Assembly: GCA_002269645.1 (NCBI GenBank)
Contig: NIVC01001780.1
Coordinates: 1-64,000, forward strand
Length of the DNA stretch: 64,000 nucleotides
Direction: 5' to 3'
Origin: Macrostomum lignano
Taxonomy: Eukaryota
A model generated the notes under the pieces. It worked only from the letters and a program-made list of their open reading frames with translations. It did not search any database and was not told the DNA's origin. The translations under genes and the position numbers were made by a program. The first letter of the stretch is position 1; each line of letters begins with the position of its first letter. Below, piece after piece: positions 1 to 12,975 of this stretch.

Positions 1-505
1 CAGTATCTAACAGGTGACGTCAGTATCTAACAGGTGACATCAGTGTCTAACATGTCACTCTAGTATCTAACAGGTGACGTCAGTATCTAACAGGTGACAC
101 CAGTATCTAACAGGTGACATCAGTATCTAACAGGTGACATCAGTATCAAAAAGGTGACATCAGTATCTAACAGGTGACATCGATATCTAACAGGTGACAT
201 AAGTGTCTCACAGCTGACATCAGTATCTAATACGTGACTTCTTTATCTAACAGGTGACGTCAGTATCTAACAGGTGACGTCAGTATCTAACAGGTGACAT
301 CAGTATCATACAAGTGACATCAGTATCTAACAGGCGATATCGGTATCAAACACGTGACACCATTATCTAACAGGTGACATCAGTATCTAACAGGTGACAT
401 CAGTATCATACAAGTGACATCAGTATCTAACAGGCGATATCGGTATCAAACACGTGACACCATTATCTAACAGGTGACATCAGTATCTAACAGGTGACAT
501 CAGTA
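1..505. repeat. 20-bp minisatellite (CAGTATCTAACAGGTGACAT)n
   Basis: Direct tandem copies running off the window start. The same unit recurs at ~2053-2274, ~2695-2835, ~3114-3331 and ~27536-28038. Confidence 0.95.
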
Positions 506-1099
506 TCGTGCTGCGTGTAATTGATTTTTCGAGAATGGCTCAACGATTCTCTTCAAACTTGCACCATTCGATCAGAAATTTTCCTGGGATGGTGCATGCA
601 TCTTGGCTAAGAAATTGATCAATATTAAAGGAATTAAATATTCGAAAAAACTGATTTTCTGCAAAGGTCAAGCAGCTCTTTCGACCTGAAATGCATTGTA
701 AAAATGCTAGAGAAAAACCTGACTGACTGAATTTCAATTCTGATAAAGATTGCATCACAGCAAGTTGAAAACAGTGCCAAAGAAATGCACACACGACTTG
801 ATTTAAATTGCGTAACCATATTGCTAACTTAAATTGAGACTGATACTGGCTGACTGAGAAATTGATTATGTCATAACTTTTTACTCTAACCGATTTGCTA
901 TAAGAATGAATTATAAGGGCCACAATTCATGTTCTCCAATCGACAAGAGATAGCATAGATGCGAACAGACTGGACTGCTAATTCAGCGACCTGGGTTCGA
1001 ATCTAAGTAGTGCAAAATAATTTTTTTATTAAAACATCTTAAAAACAAAATGCTAAGCATAAAAGAAGCACAATGTCAAACAAAAGTGGCACCATTTCA

Positions 1100-1630
1100 A
1101 ACATTAAAGGCCACCATGTCAAACATATATGTGACTCCATGTCTAACATTAAAGAGCCACCATGTCAAACATTAAAGAGCCACCATGTCGAACATTAAAG
1201 AGCCATCATGTCGAACATTAAAGAGCCATCATGTCGAACATTAAAGAGCCACCATGGTGAACATTAAGAAGCCATCATTACAGACATTAAGGTGCCACCA
1301 GGTCAAACATTAAAGAGCCACCATGTCGAACATAAAAGAGCCACTATGTCAAACATCAACGAGTCACCATGTCAAGCGTATAAGTGACTCCATGTCAGAC
1401 ATTAAAGAGCCATCATTGCAGACATTAAGATGCCACCAGGTCAAACATTAAAAAGCCACCATGTCAAACATAAAAGAGCCACCATGTCAAACATTAAAGA
1501 GCCACCATGTCGAACATAAAAGAGCACCATGTCGAACATTAAAGAGCCATCATTACAGACATTAAGATGCCACCAGGTCAAACATTAAAGAGCCACCATG
1601 TCAAACACAAAACAGCTACCATGTCAAACA
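1100..1630. repeat. Degenerate ~22-bp minisatellite (AAAGAGCCACCATGTCAAACATT-like)
   Basis: Many imperfect tandem copies; boundaries approximate. Confidence 0.85.
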
Positions 1631-1790
1631 TAAATGGGGTGCCTACTATCTTGGAGTGCTTGCTATCTGGGGTGCTTGCTATTAGGTGGATGCTTGCTAT
1701 CTGGGGTGCCTGCTATCTTGGAGTGCTTGCTATCTGGAGATGCGTGCTATCTGGGGTGCTTGCTATCTGGGGGGGATGCTTGCTATCTTG

Positions 1791-2922
1791 GGGGTTCTAG
1801 CTATCTGGGGGTGCTTGCTATTAGGTGGATGCTTGCTATCTGGGGTGCCTGCTATCTGGAGATGCTTGCTATCTGGGGGTGCTTGCTACTGGGGGGTTGC
1901 TTGCTGTCCTGGGATGTTTTCTTTTTGCATTACACTTCATTTGAGCAGTTTTTCTATTGTCTATGTGAAGGCTTTATTTGGCCGTCTTTTTGATACTTGT
2001 AGAGAGCTAGAGATTCTATCTAGATGCCCCCATCGGGGGCGAAGATTGCTAGTCAGTATCTAACAGGTGACATCAGTATCTAACAGGTGACATCAGTATC
2101 TAACAAGTGACATCAGTATCTCACAGGTGACATCAATATCTAACACGTGACATCAATATCTAACAGGTGACATCAGTATCTAACAGGTGACCTGGGTATC
2201 TAACAGGTGACACCAATATCTAACAGGTTACACCAGTATCTAACAGGTTACACCAGTATCTAACAGGTGACATCTGTGGCAAAGTGCCACTGGACTGATC
2301 TGAGGTTGCTTGGGGTGTAGGGTTGCGTGGGCACGTTGATTATTGCTTAAGTAGCTCGTAAGGGGTTCTAGCTATCTGGGGGTGCTTGCTATTAGGTGGA
2401 TGCTTGCTATCTGGGGTGCCTGCTATCTTGGAGTGCTTGCTATCTGGGGGTGCTTGCTATTAGGTGGATGCTTGCTATCTGGGGTGCCTGCTATCTGGAG
2501 ATGCTTGCTATCTGGGGGTGCTTGCTATCTGGGGGGTTGCTTGCTGTCCTGGGATGTTTTCTTTTTGCATTGCACTTCATTTGAGCAGTTTTTCTATTGT
2601 CTATGTGAAGGCTTTATTTGGCCGTCTTTTTGATACTTGTAGAGAGCTAGAGATTTTATCTAGATGCCCCCATCGGGGGGCGAAGATTGCTAGTCAGTAT
2701 CTAACAGGTGACATCAGTATCTAACAGGTGACCTCGGTATCTAACATTTGACACCAATATCTAACAGGTTACACCAGTATCTAACAGGTTACACCAGTAT
2801 CTAACAGGTTACACCAGTATCTAACAGGTGACATCTGTGGCAAAGTGCCACTGGACTGATCTGAGGTTGCTTGGGGTGTAGGGTTGCGTGGGCACGTTGA
2901 TTATTGCTTAAGTAGCTCGTAA
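1791..2922. repeat. Tandem duplication of ~570 bp (1791-2361 and 2362-2922) containing GTGCTTGCTATCTGGGG repeats and the 20-bp minisatellite
   Basis: Both halves start GGGGTTCTAGCTATCTGGGG and end ...TTGCTTAAGTAGCTCGTAA, with near-identical unique sequence between. Confidence 0.9.
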
Positions 2923-3113
2923 ATACACCTCATTGATTGCTCGTCCTCGCGTGTACGTGTATCGTGTACTAATGTACGTCTTGCTTATTAAATATATATG
3001 CGCGTGCGCTAACTAGCAGTCGCTCAAGTTTTCTCAAGAAGTTCTTACTTACTTAACCAGTGGAGTCCGTGTGAGTTACTACATCTAATATAGTAATAAT
3101 ATAGGATCTAGTA

Positions 3114-4422
3114 TAGTATCTAACAAGTGACATCAGTATCTAACGGGTGACATCGGTATCTAACAGGTGACATCGGTATCTAACGGGTGACATCGGTATC
3201 TAACGGGTGACATCGGTATCTAACGGGTGACATCGGTATCTAACGGGTGACACCAGTATCTAACAGAAGACACCAGTATCTAAAAGGTGACACCAGTATC
3301 TAACAGGTGACATCAGTATCTAACGGGTGACTGGCCACTGGAGAGACCGCGCGTTAGTGCCCAGTCGACGAAAAATATCGCGCCACTTAACTAATCAATA
3401 ATTAATTCGTCACTTGACAGTCATGATACTTGATTTTCTGATTTAAATTTAGTGAAATTTAATTTCCACGACACGCACAATTTGTGCACGAATTTGAAAG
3501 TTGGATTCAATTTCCTTGGATTGATGCTTTGAAAAAATTACCTGATCAAAGAAATGATCCATTAAAATTGCTATTTTTTAATTGCTTGGTTTAGAGGACT
3601 GCTGAGACTTTAAACTATACAGCCAGGGTGTCCTAGTAGCTTGACTACGGGCTACTGTGGTATATTTGATTGGGTAAATATTTCATGTAACACAATATCC
3701 GCTAACATCCGCATAGAGAAGCTATTATTTTGTATGGGCTAATTGGGGAATTAAAGCAAGCTTACGCGAAAATAGTTAATGTTTTTTAGCATGTAGATAT
3801 TATGTCAAACATTTGGAAAGTCTCGCATCAACGCTTGACTTCAAACTTGACGTCTTTGCACTCGTTGATTGTTTCGCAAGAATCTAAAATAGAAAAAAAT
3901 GTCAGTAAAGATATCTGGATTGTGAAATATTTTATTTGAAACTTTCTATTTGGTAGAGAAGGAACAGCTTCTTACCAGCAGTGCAGCAGATGCCTCTGGA
4001 AGCGCAGCGACCCTTGCCTCCCAGACAGACGGTGGCGACGCGACCGCAGCCAAGGACTTTCGCTGGCAGACGGCGACACGCGGCGGTGTCCGGGCCGAAG
4101 CCGACGCGATATCCGCCGTGGGGGTGACAGCAGATGGCGCGGCCGAAACAGCGGCCCCAGCCGTGGGAGCAGCTCAGGCAGGGACCGTTGATGGTATTGG
4201 TTGCCGGTACATGACTGCCTGCGGGTTTGAAGTTATGGTAGACTTTAAAATACCTGTGTTTGGATTCGGCGTGCCGTTACATTAATTTGAGGTTCAAGGC
4301 CCAGGGCTGGCTGGCCATCTCAAAATGCCCACAGTGTGCATACTGTTGTAGCACAGTGGTACAGCGTCGGACTATCGAAAAAAGCCACAGAACTCTTAAC
4401 GGTTCCTGGATATTGAAAAGCT
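3114..4422. repeat. Segmental duplication of ~27536-29765 with a 637-bp internal deletion
   Basis: Near-identity from the 20-bp array and TGGCCACTGGAGAGACCGCGCG through ...TTGAAAAGCT. Offset is ~24.7 kb. Confidence 0.9.
3828..4218 (-). pseudogene. Truncated duplicate of the vasopressin/oxytocin-like precursor gene: neurophysin exons only (4218-3976, 3883-3828)
   Basis: The 243-nt exon differs from 28925-28683 at 6 positions, including neurophysin Cys TGT->TAT (Tyr) at 4109-4111. Splice sites are intact. The signal-peptide/nonapeptide exon is deleted at junction 4371-4373. Confidence 0.88.
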
Positions 4423-4432
4423 CGGTGCAGCA

Positions 4433-4780
4433 GCTGTGCTACTGCAAGTACTGAATATGGCTCGCTTGACTGCAATCTGCATGAATTTGTGTCTGACTTT
4501 GCTGCCTTCACTTTACCCTGCTGTGCTACTGCAAGTACTGAATATGGCTCGCTTGACTGCAGTCTGCATGAATTTGTGTCTGACTTTGCTGCCTTCACTT
4601 TACCCAGCTGTGCTACTGCAAGTACTGAATATGGCTCGCTTGACTGCAGTCTGCATGAATTTGTGTCTGACTTTGCTGCCTTCACTTTACCCAGCTGTGC
4701 TACTGCAAGTACTGAATATGGCTCGCTTGACTGCAATCTGCATGAATTTGTGTCTGACTTTGCTGCCTTCACTTCACCCT
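4433..4780. repeat. 87-bp tandem repeat, 4 copies
   Basis: Units start at 4433, 4520, 4607 and 4694 (GCTGTGCTACTGCAAGTACTGAATATGG...). Confidence 0.95.
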
Positions 4781-5306
4781 GCTGTGGCACCTCATCAATG
4801 GCGCTTTGTGCTCAAATGCAGTTTATTTATAAATTTATTAATAATTTTGCATTTTGTACTCACGGTTTATTTTGCTAATCTTTATACACAGTTCAGGTGT
4901 GCATTTTGTAATCCACCTTTGATAATCTTTGGATTTATTTATCCGGTGCAACAGACTGACCCTGCTTCTACTCGCCCCGACCCTAGCCATCCAAGCAGCT
5001 CCAGACCAGCCGAGCTCAATGCCTAGAGGACAATGGCGAAGCTGAGGTTTAAGGGCCGAGCCGGCAGCCTGCGAACGCGTGTCAAAAGAAGACTCGCTGC
5101 AAATGCTTTTTTAGGAGGGGGGGGGGGTTGATGGCTGCCTAAAAGCGGCACAGAGACAAGATGCGTGAGCGCTAACCCTGCCCCGCTCAAACAATTCACT
5201 GCTTTGCATTGCGCTTGTGCTCTCAGCAAAAATTTACTGCCTTTGATATTCGGCACTTCGTGTTTTCAGATGCGAGCCTCCCACTCATATTGGGCGTTTA
5301 GAATTA

Positions 5307-6280
5307 GGGAGAGGGCAGGGAGAGACAGGCTGGGATGTAGGGTGAGGGGCAGGGAGAGACAGGCTCGGATGTAGGGTGAGGGGCAGGGAGAGACAGGCTG
5401 GGATGTAGGGTGAGGGGCAGGGAGAGAGACAGGCTGGGATGTAGGGTGAGGGGCACGGAGAGAGAAAGGCTGGGATGTAGGGTGAGGGGCAGGGAGAGAG
5501 ACAGGCTGGGATGTAGGGTGAGGGGCAGGGAGAGAGACAGGCTGGGATGTAGGGTGAGGGGCAGGGAGAGAGACAGGCTGGGATGTAGGGTGAGGGGCAG
5601 GGAGAGAGACAGGCTGGGATGTAGGGTGAGGGCAGGGAGAGAGACAGGCTGGGATGTAGGGTGAGGGCAGGGAGAGAGACAGGCTGGGATGTAGGGTGAG
5701 GGGCAGGGAGAGAGAAAGGCTGGGATGTAGGGTGAGGGGCAGGGAGAGAGAAAGGCTGGGATGTAGGGTGAGAAGCAGGGAGGGAGACAGGCTGGGATGT
5801 AGGGTGAGGGGCAGGGAGAGAGACAGGCTGGGATGTAGGGTGAGGGACAAGAAGAGATAGGCTGGGATGTAGGGTGAGAAGCAGGGAGGGAGAAAGGCTG
5901 GGATGTAGGGTGAGGGCAGGAGAGAGACAGGCTGGGATGTAGGGTGAGGGGCAGGGAGAGAGAAAGGCTGGGATGTAGGGTGAGGGGCAGGGAGAGAGAA
6001 AGGCTGGGATGTAGGGTGAGAAGCAGGGAGAGAGACAGGCTGGGATGTAGGGTGAGGGGCAGGGAGAGAGACAGGCTGGGATGTAGGGTGAGGGGCAGGG
6101 AGAGAGACAGGCTGGGATGTAGGGTGAGAGGCAGGGAGGGAGACAGGCTGGGATGTAGGGTGAGGGGCAGGGAGAGAGACAGGCTGGGATGTAGGGTGAG
6201 AGGCAGGGAGAGAGAAAGGCTGGGATGTAGGGTGAGGGGCAGGGAGAGAGACAGGCTGAGATGTAGGGTGAGAGGCAGGG
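5307..6280. repeat. 36-bp minisatellite (GGGAGAGAGACAGGCTGGGATGTAGGGTGAGGGGCA)n
   Basis: About 27 tandem copies. A shorter array of the same unit lies at ~13713-13923. Confidence 0.95.
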
Positions 6281-6674
6281 CTGGCAAAATACCTTCCAAA
6301 ATACCTTCAAAATCGCCAATAAAACAGCTGCCATCAATCCAATCACTTCATGACTTCATAACTTGCATCACTTCTTGGCTTTCGTAGGCATATAGTCGTT
6401 CAGTTCAAAAATAGTTTTAAATCTCCGCAAACAATATCGCTTACAATACGCTACTCATAGTACTCATAAGAATACCATTTGCCGTTAAAGAGAAGAGCAG
6501 CTAGATGGATTTTTTCCAGAAATTCGTTTGCACCTGAAGATTCGCTTTGCTGGAGTTTTTTACTCAAAAGCGAATGACAAAACTCTTACACTGCCGTGAG
6601 TCGTGCCTCGGCTCTCGGGGTGGGCGCTCAGTTTTTGAATTTTCCAGCGTCTCCGATGCACCTCACTCTGCATC

Positions 6675-7312
<638 letters not shown>

Positions 7313-8060
7313 CAGCTTGTGTTTTGTTGCGCACCTGTAAGAATTCAATTTTATTGCACATTCGAGTCCGCCTCTCCATCGGTTTCATTGTCCGCATTTG
7401 GCTTGTAAAAAAACTGGCTTCTCAAGCAGCTGATTGCATTTTATAGCGAATGCTCGCTCAGCTCGAGTTTTGTTTAGCTGCGAGCTTGAGCAGTCCTGCT
7501 CACAGGGCTCTCTTCGCCAGCTGCATGAGCACGCAAATCAACTGACAGAATTCAGCAATCCAACCTCGCTTTGGCCCACTGACCAGATGTTCCACACTTC
7601 TTTATATTTTTGCCTCCAAGAAGTCCAAAAGCAACAGCCAATCAGATTTTGCTTTCGATGCGCAGATTTTTAGTGGCGATAAAAGTGAAAATTGAATACT
7701 GATTTATTATTTCGAAAACGTTGGACTACCCTTAGAAAATGAGAAACAGTCCATCACAGGCGCGTGTGGTTGGTGCTGACTCACAGCCATCCTTCAGGTA
7801 GCTGACTGCTCACACAGCCAGTGCAATTACATGTACATTATTTATCCGGTGCAACAGACTGGCTCAGCAGTTCAGCATTAATAATCTAGTTTTTCATCTG
7901 CATTGCTCAAATAAAAGTATTGCTGTTTCAATGTTTCTGCCAGATCACTAATGGATGACAATGCAGAGCAGCACATGTAAAGTATGTGCATTTGTGCATA
8001 AAGTTCTCGGCTGGTGTTCGTCTTTGCTATTTTGTTCGTGGTTTGGAATCTCAGATTCGT

Positions 8061-8958
8061 GCTCATGTGCCATGACTAATATCTCATGCACACAGCCATT
8101 TCTCATGTGCAATGACCCATATCTCATGCACACAGCCATTGCTCATGTGCTATGACCCATATCTCATGCACACAGCCATTTCTCATGTGCAATGACCCAT
8201 ATCTCATGCACACAGCCATTGCTCATGTGCCATGACCCATATCTCATGCACACAGCCATTGCTCATGTGCCATGACCCATATCTCATGCACACAGCCATT
8301 GCTCATGTGCCATAACTAATATCTCATGCACACAGCCATTGCTCATGTGCTATGACCCATATCTCATGCACACAGCCATTGCTCATGTGCCATGACCCAT
8401 ATCTCATGCACACAGCCATTGCTCATGTGCCATAACTAATATCTCATGCACACAGCCATTGCTCATGTGCTATGACCCATATCTCATGCACACAGCCATT
8501 GCTCATGTGCCATGACCCATATCTCATGCACACAGCCATTGCTCATGTGCAATGATCCACATCTCATGCACACAGCCATTGCTCATGTGCCATAACTAAT
8601 ATCTCATGCACACAGCCATTGCTCATGTGCCATAACTAATATCTCATGCACACAGCCATTGCTCATGTGCCATAACTAATATCTCATGCACACAGCCATT
8701 GCTCATGTGCTATGACCCATATCTCATGCACACAGCCATTGCTCATGTGCCATGACCCATATCTCATGCACACAGCCATTGCTCATGTGCCATGACCCAT
8801 ATCTCATGCACACAGCCATTGCTCATGTGCCATGACACATATCTCATGCACACAGCCATTGCTCATGTGCCATGACCCATATCTGATGCACACAGCCATT
8901 GCTCATGTGCCATGACCCATATCTCATGCACACAGCCATTGCTCATGTGCCATGACCA
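8061..8958. repeat. 40-bp minisatellite (ATCTCATGCACACAGCCATTGCTCATGTGCCATGACCCAT)n
   Basis: About 22 tandem copies. Confidence 0.97.
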
Positions 8959-9102
8959 TCTGATTGTCTCTATTGTGTTTCTCCGACCATCTCCCTTTTA
9001 CACACCCCTCCCACCCATCCCCCTCTCACCTATCCCCCTCTCACCCATCCCCTCTCACCCATCCCCTCTCACCCATCCCCCTCTCATCCTCCCCCTCTCG
9101 CC

Positions 9103-9258
9103 AGCTTCTCTATTCTCCATCAGATCCCAGCTCAGTTTCTCTATTCTCCATCAGATCCCAGCTCAGCTTCTCTATTCTCCATCAGATCCCAGCTCAGCTT
9201 CTCTATTCTCCATCAGATCCCAGCTCAGCTTCTCCATTCTCCATCAGATCCCAGCTCA
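9103..9258. repeat. 31-bp tandem repeat (CAGCTTCTCTATTCTCCATCAGATCCCAGCT)
   Basis: About 5 copies. Confidence 0.9.
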
Positions 9259-12220
9259 GACTCAAAAAACGCTTGTTTTCTCCTGTTTCGAGAAAGCTAA
9301 AAAAGCTAAAAGTGCAGCTGGCCGCCAGCTCAGCCAGCGGGGGGGGGGGGCAGGCAGGGTGCTCAAGCACAATGCAGACTCTCCATTGTGCGAGGCTGGG
9401 GCTGCAACTCATTCGGGAGCAGCCGCCACTGCAGCCTCAGACAGCTCAGGTTTGCGCTGCTCATCTCTGCAGCCTCATCGCTAATTGAATCTCCAACCTT
9501 CATCTGGAACGGCCCCACCCAGCTCAGCACTCGCAGTGCGACAGTCTGGCGTGATAAAAGCAGCCGGCAAAGAGAAAACTGCTCGAGTTCGCAATCACCC
9601 CATACTGGCCTCTCGAACCACCCAACCCCCCCGCAACCCCTGCCTGAGACAATAAGCAAGTCCAGCTACAATGCAACTCCACCCAGCTCACTGCTCAAAA
9701 CAGAGACCGAGCGCTGCACTGCTGGTTGCCCCCCAGAGTCTGCCAAACTGCAGGGAGGCTGGCAGAGCGGTGCGTGGCCTGAGAATAGCGAGCGAGCAGA
9801 GATAATTGCTGCTTGAGGTTGAGCTGGCCTCTCTAACCACCCGCTCTCTACGGCTCAAGACTGCGTTTTGTCATAAATAAGGCATTGTTGCCATGCTCGA
9901 ATCTCAGAATTTGATGGCTCTCAGGCCATTCAGTGCGGCTCAAAGCCTGTCTGTTGCTGCTGGCTGCAGGTGGCAGGAGTGCAAAATGCAGTGAGTTGCT
10001 GCGGCCGAGAGCTGGACAGAATTGAGATGGGCTGCCAGAGCTCAGCTGCACTTTAATAATAAACAACTGATGAAGCCCGAGACTGCAATTGAGGGGCTGA
10101 GCAGCTGCCTCTTGCGAAAAGTTATACATGTACTGTGGTTCGATTCTGTGCGATTGGCCTGAGGTGATTCCCAGCCCAGCCATGAAGGCCAACTTCTTAG
10201 GCACTCTGGTACAATGGGTTGGTTTTTAATGGAGCTGAACCAATATCAACTAAAATCACTGTACTAATCAGCATACCTGTACACTATGCGGACAATGCGA
10301 TAGGATTTCAAGGATTGCTTTTTGGACTTCTGCTGGGTCACAGATTCATGGGAAATCAGTAGTTTCCAGGGCATATCAGTAGTCTTCACAAGATGCGTGG
10401 GCCCACAGGTAAGCAAATTCAGCAGGTATCGAGTAGGCTGAGCAATGGCTGGAGTTGCGATCATGCGCTTCCGGCTGGTTGCAGTGATGAGCAATGGTAC
10501 AGTAGAAAATATTTTAAACTCTGTTGCTTGCTCCATTTTCAGCAGGGCTTATTGATCCTCGCTGCTCTCCGTGCCTGCTTATCTACACAACCGAGCTTCA
10601 AACTCGGTGACCGCGTGCCTGCCCAGAGCTGAGCAAAACTATTTGAGCGGGAAAAGTGAGCAACAACTGCATCGGTCCCTGCACACCAGTGCCTCACCTC
10701 CAGTCAGCCGGGTTTGCCATCCCAACAGACTGCACCCAAAACAGGGCGGCTCACTCCTCAGACCCGTGCACTGGTCCCTCCTACCGGGGTACCGGGTGCC
10801 TGTGCCGCCTACGGCCCCTCGGTCTCTCCTCCAGCCTTCTGTCACTAGCGGACACAAAAGTTGCAGCCAACAAGGGGGTCGCACCCACCTTCCTGCCGCT
10901 GCCGTGACGCGAACTTGAGTCGAGTTCCAACATTCGGATAGCAGAGTGGCGTTCCATGGTCGCCGCAGTGCTGCTCCGTCTGCCTCCTCCTCACCTCGAG
11001 GTGGCTTTTCCCAAGGGCGAACGGATTCCGCCCCCAAGAGCCGTGGTGTCGGGTTGCTGACGCCTGCGGGGGCACTCTCAAAGGGGTAGCCATGGTCTTA
11101 CGCTTGACCAGCATGCTTGACTCCCCTAAGAGCTGGCATGCTTTGCCTTCTAAGGTGACTGTCTAACACTAGCAAGCAACTTTAATTAAGCAAACAGTTT
11201 TTAACTTTACTCTTTTTTGTTTATTTACTGAATTTTTCTGAATAGAGCAGTTTTAATGCCATCAGTCGGTGCACATGGCTGGATTTGGCAGGCCTTTTTG
11301 CCTTAATTTTAGCGGACAGCACCTGGGATCAAGTCAACAGGTCGTTTGCTGTGTCACATGACAAGGCTGATTCCTATAGCCGAGCCACAACGTCTCAAAC
11401 ATCTGGTTCTGTTGACGCCAGCACCCTACTAGCCCTGCGTGATGCTGTCTAGTCCGCTCTCTCACACTGTATGACTGCCTCGCAGACATCGCAGTCCAGA
11501 GTTTTCATCGTGGACTCCGTCTGACGAGGCAACCAGACAGCGGTTGAAACTGACATCGCCTGCATGTGCACCGGTCTGTCTACATAAGTCAATATTTTAC
11601 AATTTTTATTTAAACTAATGAATACAGTAATCGATACATTTTACTGCAACTCAGCCTCTGCCGCATGTCATCCTCCAGCTCTTGTCTTTTGCCGCTCATG
11701 TCCTCTTGGTTGGAAAAACTGGTGTTTTCTAAGAAATGCTTGTCCAGACTCCGGAAAGTCAGGTAACCAGCATGTATAGGCGGTTTTCGTGGGTCGGAAT
11801 GGGCGGTGATCGTTGCACCTCCTTTTACTTTCAGTATGTGCAGACCAAGTCTTATAACTGCAATGGCTCCATTGTTCGGGCGCAAGTTGAAAGTTTATCT
11901 TCTTTTCCGCGCTCATATTTGTGCTCAGTCGCATTATTCGAAACCTGCACAATAGCAAGAGGGTTAGAGAACTACGCAATAGCAACTACTTGAGTGAAAA
12001 AATGAACGCCTGTACGCCAGTTCCACGTGAACACGGCTAGATCAGACCTGGCCGTTGTGCATCATCGTTGATGCTGCTGCTGATGGTTGTGTGAGTCGAG
12101 CTACGTTGGGTGCCTTAGACAGAGGCAGCGTCCGCAGCGTTGGGTGCCTTAGACAGAGGCAGCGTCCGCAGCGTTGGGGCCTACTTCTTAGCTTTGGTCC
12201 CCTTCGCTCCAGGCTCACAT

Positions 12221-12975
12221 TGGGTCTGGGACTCGGGCTGGGACTGGGGCTGGGACTGGGACTTGGACTGGGACTGGGACTGGGGCTGGGACTGGGGCTG
12301 GGACTGGGACTTGGACTGGGACTGGGACTGGGGCTGGGAATGGGGCTGGGACTGGGGCTGGGAATGGAGCTGGGACTGGGACTTGGACTGGGACTGGGAC
12401 TTGGACTGGGACTGGGACTGGGGCTGGGAATGGGGCTGGGACTGGGGCTGGGAATGGGGCTGGGACTGGGACTTGGACTGGGACTAGGACTGGGGCTGGG
12501 AATGGGGCTGGGAATGGGGCTTGGACTGGGGCTGGAAATGGGGCTGGGAATGGGGCTGGGACTGGGGCTTGGACTGGGGCTGGGACTAGGGCTGGGAATG
12601 GGACTGGGAATGGGGCTTGGACTGGGGCTGGGACTGGGGCTGGGAATGGGGCTGGGAATGGGGCTGGGACTGGGACTTGAACTGGGACTGGGACTGGGGC
12701 TGGGACTGGGGCTGGGAATTGGGCTTGGACTGGGGCTGGAAATGGGGCTGGGAATGGGGCTGGGACTGGGGCTTGGACTGGGGCTGGGACTAGGGCTGGG
12801 AATGGGACTGGGAATGGGGCTTGGACTGGGGCTGGGACTGGGGCTGGGAATGGGGCTGGGAATGGGTCTGGGACTGGGACTTGAACTGGGACTGGGACTG
12901 GGGCTGGGACTGGGGCTGGGAATTGGGCTGGGACTGAGGCTGGGACTGGGGCTGGGAATGGGGCTGAGGCCGGGG
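12221..12975. repeat. Hexamer satellite (GGGCTG/GGACTG/GGAATG)n
   Basis: Tandem hexamers with higher-order blocks; they explain the poly-GL ORF. Confidence 0.95.

Noticed and set aside
540-923. 127-aa minus-strand ORF
   Set aside because: No recognisable motif or convincing exon structure.
950-1010. tRNA-Ser-like sequence (GGACTGCTAATT...GGGTTCGAATC)
   Set aside because: The acceptor stem does not close; at most a SINE head or tRNA remnant. The SINE heads at 29052 and 56533 were likewise not called tRNA genes.
3950-4285. Plus-strand 111-aa ORFs (also 28657-28992)
   Set aside because: They are antisense shadows of the neurophysin exon; the minus frame has the Cys pattern and the splice sites.
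9800-11990. Several 80-140-aa ORFs in GC-balanced unique sequence
   Set aside because: No family motif recognised and no consistent splice model. BLASTx would settle whether this is a decayed element or a gene.
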